Shown here in pieces: positions 1 to 7,836 of a stretch of 64,000 bases of DNA (the first letter of the stretch is position 1; the number at the start of each line of letters is the position of its first letter). The position numbers and the translations under genes were made by a program. The notes beneath the pieces are model-generated. The model had not been told where the DNA came from. It saw only the letters and a list, made by a program, of their open reading frames with translations, and did no database searches. The stretch is from an uncultured Candidatus Rokubacteria bacterium (GTDB lineage Bacteria; Methylomirabilota; Methylomirabilia; Rokubacteriales; CSP1-6), in contig CAVYTA010000006.1 of assembly GCA_963771355.1 (NCBI GenBank), forward strand, positions 704,001-768,000, read 5' to 3'.

Positions 1-941
1 CCTCCTGGTGAATGGCGACGTTGCGGGAGCGGAGCCCCACTTCAAGGCCGTGCTCGAGTCAGCGCCGAATCACCTCGGGGCCAACCTCCAGATGGCCCGG
101 ATCCGACTGCAACAGGGCAAGGCCGACGAGGCCGAGACGTATCTGCGCGGCGCCTTGCGGGGGAGCCCGGAAAGCCTCGAGGCCAATGTCTGGCTGGGCC
201 GCCATCTGGTGAGTCGGGGGCGGCGCGAGGAGGGTCTTCGGCACCTCGAGACCGCACTGCGCGTGAACCCCAACCATGGCCGATCTGAAGCTCGAGGTGG
301 GTAGCCTCTACGCGCAGAGTGGACGTCTCCCCGACGCGCAGCGGATGGCCGAGGAGCTCGAGAAGATGCTCCCGAAGAGCGCCGAGCCCCTGGTCCTCAA
401 GGGGACGGTGTTGCTCGCGCGCCGGGAGTTCAAGCCGGCGGGGGACGCGTTCACGGCAGCGGTGGCCCGCCGGCCCGATCTCGTGAGCGCGCACCGGGGA
501 CTGGCGCAGGCGCTGGAGGCGCAGGGACAGATGGATCGCGCCATCGAGTCGTATCGGAAGGTCCTGAGCCTGAACGGTAACGACGTCGTGGCCCTGAACA
601 ACCTCGCCTGGGTCCTGCTCGAGACGAAGAACCGACCAGACGAGGCGCTCACGCTGGCCACCAAGGCGGAGCAGCTGGCGCCCGGCGCGGCCGAGGTGGC
701 CGACACGCTCGGCTGGGTGCAGTTCCGAAAGGGCGCCTACAGCGAGGCGGAGAAGGCCCTGAGCCGGGCCGCCGAGCGCGCCCCCAAGAGCGCCCAGATC
801 CAGTACCACCTCGGCATGACGTACGCCAAGCTGGGCAAGAAGAACGACGCTGTCTCCTCCCTCCGGCGGGCCGCGCAGCTCGATCCCAAGCTGGCTCAGG
901 CCGAGAAGATCGCCGACGTGATCAAGGAGCTGGGCGGCTAG
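1..941 (+). CDS. prsT: TPR-repeat protein, PrsT-like (PEP-CTERM system); 5' truncated by the window, one apparent frameshift near 278
   Basis: ORFs 8..304 and 276..941 join into continuous TPR repeats. The C-terminal motifs ALNNLAWVL, ADTLGWV and IQYHLGM are typical of PrsT ends. prsK and prsR are in the same locus. Confidence 0.7.
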
Positions 942-972
942 GGCTCCCGTTACAGGCATTCTTCCCCGTTAT

Positions 973-1001
973 TTGTGTACTTTTCAGGGGTTTAGTATAC
1001 T
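973..1001 (+). promoter_or_regulatory. Candidate sigma70 promoter for the ABC exporter genes
   Basis: TTGTGT(973-978)-N17-TATACT(996-1001) in an AT-rich intergenic gap, about 30 nt before the ATG at 1033. Confidence 0.4.
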
Positions 1002-1032
1002 GTCACCACCCTGACGAATCTCGGGGTGCCAG

Positions 1033-2159
1033 ATGGTCGACATCGCCCGCAAGAACCTCTTCCACGACCGCACACGGTTCGTTATTACCGTGATCGGGGT
1101 AACCTTCTCCGTGGTGCTGATCTTCTCCCAGTTCGGCATCTACCTGGGTTTCATGGAGAACGCCTCGATCATCATCGACAACACGCAGGCCGACATCTGG
1201 ATCACCTCGAAGAACTCCGCCAACTTCGACTTCCCCGTGCCCTTCAGCGAGCGCAAGCTCAACAAGGTGCGGCAGACCCCCGGGGTGGCCTGGGCCGACA
1301 ACCTCATGCTCGGCTGGGCCAACATGCGGCGAAAAGACGGGGGCCAGGAAAACATCGAGCTGGTCGGGTTCAACCCCGAGACGGGCGTGGGCGGCCCGTG
1401 GCGACTGCTCGCCGGCGATCTCCAGTCGGTGAAGGCCGGCAAGATCCATCATCGTGGACGAGTCGGCCTTCGCGAAGCTCGGGGTGCTCAAGATCGGCGA
1501 CTAACGTCGAGATCAACGAGCAGAGGGTGCGGGTGGTGGGCATCAGCCAGGGCGTGCGAGGGTTCACCACCGCCCCCTACATCTTCACGTCCTACCGCGC
1601 CGCCCAGGACCTCGACCCCTTCGCCGCGACGCGGACGGTGTTCATCGTGGTCGCGGGTCGCGCCCGGCTACGACGCCGCGCGAGGTGGCGGCGCGGCTGC
1701 GCGAGATCCGCGACGTGGACGTCTATACCCGCGACCAGTACTCGTGGAAGACGCGGCTGTACTGGACCTGGGAGACCGGCATCGGGGTCGGCTTCGGGCT
1801 CACCGTGCTCATGGCCATCATCGTGGGCGTGGTCATCGTGAGCCAGACCATCTACAGCGCCACCATCGAGCACCTGCGTGAGTTCGGGACGCTCAAGGCG
1901 ATCGGAGCCACCAACCGCGACGTCTACCTGATCATCCTCAAGCAGGCCCTCATCAACGCGCTCATCGGATACGGGATCGGTCTCGGCCTCACCCTGCTGG
2001 CGGTGCGCACCTCGGGCGCCACCGGGCTCGTCATGGTCATTCCCCCCGGGCTCATGGCTGGCGGTGTTCGTCCTCACGGTGGCGATGTGCGCCACCGCGT
2101 CGGTGGTGTCCGTCCGCAAGGCGCTCAGGGTGGACCCACTGGTGGTCTTCCGTTCGTGA
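1033..2159 (+). CDS. ABC exporter permease (FtsX/DevC-like); several apparent frameshifts
   Basis: N-terminus ARKNLFHDRTRF followed by a TM helix, ADIWI, later EFGTLKAIGA and C-terminal VDPLVVFRS* (TGA 2157-2159). Pieced together from ORFs 1033, 1026 and 1685. Confidence 0.8.
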
Positions 2160-2832
2160 GCACCACCCTCGAGGCGGAGCACGTCACCAAGATCTACCAG
2201 GAGGGCGCGTTCGAGGTTCCCGCGGTGCAGGACGTGACGCTCACCGCGCGCGCCGGCGAGGTGGTCGCCATCCTCGGCCCCTCGGGCAGCGGCAAGACCA
2301 CGCTGCTGTCCATGCTGGGCTGCATGCTCCGCCCGACGTCGGGGACCATCACCATTCACGGCGAGACGCGTGTCCGACCTCGACGAGGGCCAGCTGCCCT
2401 GGGTGCGCCGGCGTTACGTGGGGTTCATCTTTCAGAGCTTCAATCTCTTCGCCGCGCTCTCCGCGGCGGAGAACGTCGAGGTGGTGCTCCAGCTCAAGGG
2501 TCTGGAGCGGAAGAGCCGGCGTGATGAGTCGCTCCGCGCTTCTCGATCTCGTGGGGCTCGGCCAGCGCGCCGACTTCCTGCCCCGTGACATGTCCGGCGG
2601 CGAGCGCCAGCGCGTCTCGATCGCGCGGGCGCTCGCCGGCGATCCGCCCCTCATCCTGGCGGACGAGCCCACCGCCAACCTGGACGCGAAGAACGGAGAA
2701 CAGGTGATGAAGCTGCTCCATGCCGTGACGCGCTCGGATGGCCGCACCGTGATCATCGTGACGCACGATCACCGGGTGATGCCCTACATCGACCGCAGCG
2801 TCCGCATCGAGGACGGGAAGCTGGTGGCCTGA
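2156..2832 (+). CDS. ABC exporter ATP-binding protein (LolD/DevA-like); two apparent frameshifts
   Basis: GTG start overlaps the permease stop. Walker A GPSGSGKT, GFIFQSFNL, signature MSGGERQRV, Walker B ILADEPT and VTHD are spread over three frames. Confidence 0.85.
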
Positions 2833-4151
2833 TGCGCATGCCCAAGCAGGTCATTCTCGTGCTGGTGCTGGTGATCGTGGCGCTGGGCGCCACCGCCTAC
2901 GGCTTCACCGGCTGGCGCCGGGGCCAGTCCGACAAGTCGGTGGCGGTCCGCGTGGGGAACATCCGGCAGACGGTGGCCGCCATCGGGCGGGTCGAGCCCT
3001 TCACCGAGGTGACCCTCGCCAACAAGATCCCGGGCCGGATCCGCGAGGTGCTCGTCAAGGAGGGGGACCAGGTCAAGCGCGGCCAGGTGGTGATCCGCTT
3101 CGACGACGCCGAGCCCGCGGCCGGCGTGCGGATGGCCCAGGCGCGCATCGACACCGCCCAGGCCGAGGTTCGGCGGGCCACCCGCGCGCTGGCCAGCGCC
3201 CGCGCCCGCTGGATGGAGGCGAAGAGCGGCCCGCGGCCGCAGGAGATCGCGAGGGCCCGCGCCGAGGTGGCGGAGGCGCAAGCAGAAGCAGCACTTCTCG
3301 GAAGTGGAGCGGAACCGCATGAAGCGGCTCCTGGACGGCGGTTATATCGCGCGCGCCCAGTACGACGCCGAGGAGACCAATGTCGAGGTCTGGCACGCCC
3401 GGGTCCGGGTGGCGGAGGAGGCGCTCAACCTTCTCCTCGCCGGGTCCAAGGCGGAGACGGTGGCGTCGGCGTGGGCGCAGGTCCAGGAGGTCGGAGGCCG
3501 AGCTGCGCCGCGCGGAGAGCCAGGTCCGGCAGGCGCAGGCCGAGCTGGGGGTGGCCCGCGCGGCGCTGGGGTCCACCGTCGTCGAGAGCACGCTGGATGG
3601 GAAGGTGACCCGCAAGCTCGTGGAGCCCGGCGAGGCGGTGGACATCAGCATGCCGCTCATGATCCTCGGCGACCTGCAGAAGATCATCGTCAAGGCGGAG
3701 GTGGACGAGACCGACGTGGGCAAGCTCGCCGCTGGGGCAGCGCGCCGAGGTCACGGCGGATGCCTATCCCGGGACGAGTCTTTCCGGGTCGCAGTCTACG
3801 AGATGGGGCAATCGGTCGGGAAGCGGAAGGTCGAAGCCCGGAGGATCCGGTCAAGATCCAGGACATGAAGGTGCTGGAGACCAAGATCGAGATCACGGAA
3901 GGCGGCGACGAGCTGAAGCTCGGGATGACGGTGGACGTGCGCATCCTGGTGGCTCACAGGGACAAGGTGCTGGTCATGCCCAAGCGGCTGGTGCCGCGCG
4001 GGCGCCCGGGAGGCCACCGTGCGCGTGTCGGGGCCGCAGGGCGAGCAGACGCGGCTCATCAAGCTCGCGGCGCGGGATGACGAGAACGTCGAGGTGCTCG
4101 AAGGGCTCGCGTGAAGGGGAGCGGATTGTCGTGACCACCAAGGGGAGGTGA
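2832..4151 (+). CDS. HlyD/RND-type periplasmic adaptor (membrane fusion protein); multiple apparent frameshifts
   Basis: N-terminal TM helix, lipoyl half-motif GRIREVLVKEGDQVKRGQ, coiled coil, STLDGKV, AEVDETD, LKLGMTVDV; ends EGERIVVTTKGR*. Confidence 0.8.
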
Positions 4152-4221
4152 GGTGCAGCGAGCGAATCGAGCCTTGCCTACGCTGACGTCAGCCTTTCAA
4201 CATTCCGAAGGAGGAAAGAGG

Positions 4222-5016
4222 ATGATCCCCGGATCGGAGCGCCCTCTAGACTGCCCGCGTGAGCACTCTGCCGTCCCCATCGCCGGGGGGGCGGACCCGC
4301 CCGCCGAGCCGCAGGTCGTCCTGCCCAAGCGGTACTTCGATTTCAAGCGGCTGGAGCCCCGCAGCGGCCTCTGGGACTCGGTCCAGGCGCTGCGCTACGA
4401 CGTGTATTGCCTCGAGTGCAAGTACCTCGACCCCGCCAAGTATCCGAACGAGCGCGAGACCGACGAGTACGATCCCTACTCCGTGCACTTCGCGGCCACC
4501 AATGAGCGGGACGAGATGGTGGCGACACTCCGACTGGTGCGGGATTCGCCCCTGCGGTTTCCCCTGGAGCAGCATGCGGGCGCCTTGTCGCCGGCGTTCC
4601 GGGCGCTGCCCCGGGACAAGACGGCGGAGATCTCCCGCCTCATCCTGGCCCGGAGTTATCGGCGCCGGGCCAACGACGGCCTCTACGGTCAGGAGCTGGG
4701 CGACCCGGAAAAGGAAGCGCAGGCTCAGGCCGAGGCGACCTACCGACGCAGCCAGTACCCTCTGATCCTGTTCGGCCTGTTCAAGGAGATGTATCTCGAG
4801 AGCGTGAACATGGGATTCGAGTACTGGGTCGCCGCCATGGAGGCCGGGCTCCAGCGGATGCTCTCCAAGTTCGGGCTGGGGTTGGTGCAGGTCGGAGAGC
4901 CGATGAGCTACTACGGCGAGGTCATCCCGTACTATGCCAGCATCCGGCAACTCGAGCAGTTCTTGATGCAGAGCCGTCCGGACGTGTTCCAGTTCTTTGC
5001 CCCCGCTCAGAGCTGA
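4222..5016 (+). CDS. PEP-CTERM/exosortase system-associated acyltransferase (N-acyl amino acid synthase-like, LuxI/FeeM GNAT fold)
   Basis: Motifs LRYDVYCLE, ETDEYDPYSVH, ATLRLV, FPLE, AEISRL, YRRR and AAME. RBS AAGGAGG precedes the ATG at 4222. Confidence 0.85.
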   Translation: MIPGSERPLDCPREHSAVPIAGGADPPAEPQVVLPKRYFDFKRLEPRSGLWDSVQALRYDVYCLECKYLDPAKYPNERETDEYDPYSVHFAATNERDEMVATLRLVRDSPLRFPLEQHAGALSPAFRALPRDKTAEISRLILARSYRRRANDGLYGQELGDPEKEAQAQAEATYRRSQYPLILFGLFKEMYLESVNMGFEYWVAAMEAGLQRMLSKFGLGLVQVGEPMSYYGEVIPYYASIRQLEQFLMQSRPDVFQFFAPAQS

Positions 5017-5037
5017 CCCCCGAGTGAACCTCCCCTC

Positions 5038-6459
5038 ATGAGCCTGTCCGAGACCCGGGAGATCCTCGACTTCCTCCGGTCCGCGGAGCCGGAGATGCTC
5101 GAGCAGATGGGCGAGGGGGCCGTGATCGCGGCGTTCCAGAGCGCCGCCGCCGAGGTGCCGGCCTACCGTGACCTCCTCGCGCGCCAGGGGATCGACCCGG
5201 CCGCGATCACCGACATCGAGACGTTCCGGGCGCGGGTGCCCCTCACCGACAAGGCCACGGTCTTCCGCGCGTATCCGCTCCACGAGCTCTTCCGGGGCGG
5301 GAGCCTGGACGAGATCAAGTCCTTCGTCCCGAGCTCGGGTCTGTCGGGCGCCTTCGCCTTCAGCGGCGATACCGCCGAGGGCTTCCGGCTCGCCGCCAAG
5401 GGCGCGGATCTGGCCCTCGAGTACACGCTGGGTATCTCCAAGCGCCGCGCGCTCCTGATCAATACCTATCCCATGGGGCTCCAGGTGCCCACGAGCATGG
5501 CGGTGGCCAATACCGGGGTCAATGCCGACGTGGCGATCGCCATGGTCCGGGCCTGCGCCCCGTACTTCGAGCAGATCGTCGTGGTCAGCCAGCCGCTGTT
5601 CGCCAAGAAGCTGCTCGAGGACGGCGCCGAGCAGGGCGTGGACTGGAAGGCGCATCGGACGACCCTGGTCGCGGGCGGCGAGGGGTTCGTGGAGAGCTGG
5701 CGCACCTATATCTCGGGGCTCCTCGGGATCGCCGATCCGGACAATCCGACGGAGACCTTCGTGGCGTCGAGCATGGGCGCGGGGGAGCTCGGGCTCAACC
5801 TCTTCCACGAGGTTCCCGAGACGATCCGGATCATTCGCCGCGCCTACCGGGATCGCGGCTTCCGCGCGGCGCTGCTCGGTGTCGACATCCCTTACACGCC
5901 CCACTTCTTCGTCTACTACCCCATGCGGAGCTTCGTCGAGGACATCTCGGTGGAGGGCTCGCCGGTCGGGGAGCTGGCGGTGTCCCTGGCCAGCGCCGAC
6001 CTCGCCATGCCCCAGTTCCGTTACCGGACCGGTGACCTCATCCGCATCGTGCCCTTCCGGCGGCTGGCCGAGGTTCTCGAGCGCCACGCGCCCGATCTGG
6101 CCCCTCCGGGCCTCCGCCTCCCCTGCGTGGCGGTGTTCGGGCGTCGGGGCGGGCTGGCTATCGGGGGCCAAACCGTGACCGCGGAACTGGCCAAGGAGGC
6201 GCTGTTCGCCGATCCGGAGCTTGCCCGGGCAACCACCGGCTTCTTTCGCCTGTCTCCCGGCCACGCCGGCAGCCTCAGCCTGGAGGTCCAGATCCGGGAG
6301 GGGCAGGCGGCGTCCGGAGAGCTCCGCGACCGGCTGGCGGCGATCCTTGGGGCCTATCTGCCGGGACTCGACTGCGCGGTCCGGCTCTACGCCTTCCAGG
6401 ACTTCCCCTATCCGACCACCTACGAACGAAAGCATGCCTACCTTGCATCGCACCCCTAG
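5038..6459 (+). CDS. Phenylacetate-CoA ligase (PaaK)-like adenylate-forming enzyme
   Basis: VPAYRDLL, VPLTDK, degenerate P-loop SSGLSG, GGEG, RYRTGDL and GRR; intact 473-aa ORF. Confidence 0.75.
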   Translation: MSLSETREILDFLRSAEPEMLEQMGEGAVIAAFQSAAAEVPAYRDLLARQGIDPAAITDIETFRARVPLTDKATVFRAYPLHELFRGGSLDEIKSFVPSSGLSGAFAFSGDTAEGFRLAAKGADLALEYTLGISKRRALLINTYPMGLQVPTSMAVANTGVNADVAIAMVRACAPYFEQIVVVSQPLFAKKLLEDGAEQGVDWKAHRTTLVAGGEGFVESWRTYISGLLGIADPDNPTETFVASSMGAGELGLNLFHEVPETIRIIRRAYRDRGFRAALLGVDIPYTPHFFVYYPMRSFVEDISVEGSPVGELAVSLASADLAMPQFRYRTGDLIRIVPFRRLAEVLERHAPDLAPPGLRLPCVAVFGRRGGLAIGGQTVTAELAKEALFADPELARATTGFFRLSPGHAGSLSLEVQIREGQAASGELRDRLAAILGAYLPGLDCAVRLYAFQDFPYPTTYERKHAYLASHP

Positions 6460-6543
6460 ATGCTGTGTCGGAGTTCTTTTCAAGTCTGGGGGTGGGACGG
6501 GGTGGCCTATGTATATGTTGTTGAAATAACGGAGTAATATCTG

Positions 6544-6559
6544 TGGCACAGGGGATGCA
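6544..6559 (+). promoter_or_regulatory. sigma54 (-24/-12) promoter of the surface-protein gene
   Basis: TGGCAC-AGGGG-ATGCA with exact GG-N10-GC spacing. An AT-rich IHF-like tract lies upstream (6514-6526), and the sigma54 activator PrsR is encoded in the locus. Confidence 0.85.
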
Positions 6560-6627
6560 ACAGGGTTGGTCAGCAAGCCGGAGTGTAAACTGGCGGCCAA
6601 CTCGGTCATAGAAAGAGGAGATCAGAT

Positions 6628-7630
6628 ATGAGAAGCAGGTTCCTGAAGGGTGCGCTGGCTGTCGTGGCGATTGTCGCCACGGCGGGCCTCTTCCCGGTTG
6701 CCGCCTCGGCCGCAACCTTCGATTACTCCCTCTCGGGCGGGTTCTTCTTCGATCCGGCCCTAGCGGAGAACACCCTGCCCAACCCCACGCAGGGCAATGG
6801 CACGCTGGGCGGCCTCGAGCTGTCGGGTCTGGTCACGAACCCCACCGGGCTTCCGGCTGGCTCGACGGCACCCGCGAACACCTACCGTGACATCGGCTGG
6901 GGTTGCGGCGCGGGCGGCACCAACTGCGCAGCGACGGGCACCAACGTCGTAGCGACGAGCCCGTTCGATGGCCCGAACGCTCCTGAGCGCAGCGCGCTTC
7001 GAGTCGACACGGTGAGAGGCGCCGGCGACCCGATTCAGCTCGCTACGCCGGCGCCGCTTCCGGCCACCTGGGACGGACCCCTGACTGGGGTTACGGCTGC
7101 CTTCGACCCGACGCCCACCAGCGGCGACATCACGTCGAACGGCAACTGGGTGTTCATTTCCAATATCTTCCACGACAACTCGGCGATCGACGACGACTCC
7201 ATCAACCTCGTCGAAGCGATCATCCGGACCAATCTGTTTATCTCGTCGGGCTTCAGCCAGCTTGACAGCGACGTGCAGATCGAATTCGACAGAGACGTTC
7301 AACGGGGGCGTCTGCCCCGGTCCGAATGTCGGCCCTGCCTTGCAACGACTGCTTCAGCTTCACGACCGATACGTTCGGCGAGGTGACGTTCGAGTCCGGC
7401 GGCATCACCTATCTCCTCCAGTTCGACCTCTTCACCAACGACCCGAACATCGTCATCATCGGTAACACGGTGTGGACGGGTGAGGGCGACATCAACGACC
7501 TCTGGGTCATCATGCGGCTCACCGAGATCGCCGGTCCCGCTGCCCGGGCAGCCTGCTCCTCCTCGGCGCCGGCTTCCTCGGCACCGCGGCGCTCGGAGTC
7601 GTGCGGCGTCGGCGGGCCATTCGGAAGTAA
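6628..7630 (+). CDS. Exosortase-target surface protein (THxN-family-like) with a VPLPG-type PEP-CTERM sorting signal; four apparent +1 frameshifts
   Basis: Signal peptide (..VAASA), a low-complexity T/G/N/P body, and motifs FHDN, FTETFN, PCNDCF and TGEG. Removing four single bases gives 332 aa ending VPLPGSLLLLGAGFLGTAALGVVRRRRAIRK* (TAA 7628-7630). Confidence 0.85.
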
Positions 7631-7654
7631 CGCCGAATCCGGTAGTGCTCTCCT

Positions 7655-7691
7655 GGGCGGGCGGCCTTCGGGCCGCCCGCCCTTCGCTTTT
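7655..7691 (+). terminator. Rho-independent terminator
   Basis: Perfect 12-bp stem GGGCGGGCGGCC/GGCCGCCCGCCC with a TTCG tetraloop, followed by TTCGCTTTT, 25 nt after the surface-protein stop. Confidence 0.85.
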
Positions 7692-7836
7692 GCGGCACGC
7701 GCTCGGATTACCCGTCATTGCGGTTGGTCGAGTCGTGACGGTGCCTTATGATGGAACTATGAGCTCCTCGCTTTCGCGCTTCACTCCTCGGGTACGCAGG
7801 CTTCCGCTCATTCGAGAACCTGGTTAGAGGAGCGTC

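Noticed and set aside
974..1017. TTTTCA box and TGTCA-N6-TGACG imperfect palindrome upstream of the ABC permease as a PrsR site
   Set aside because: There is no sigma54 -24/-12 element downstream, and the match is too short to support.
4222..5016. Classical LuxI quorum-sensing synthase
   Set aside because: The motifs and context fit the exosortase-associated acyltransferase family better, and no luxR is in the window.
6488..6505. G-rich tract as a G-quadruplex
   Set aside because: Only three runs of three or more G, unremarkable at this GC content.
4246..6609. 787-aa minus-strand ORF and other long antisense ORFs (e.g. 14107..16212, 20060..22279, 23583..25685, 29343..31322, 47272..49197)
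   Set aside because: These are shadow ORFs opposite well-supported genes, expected at this GC content, and have no recognisable motifs.
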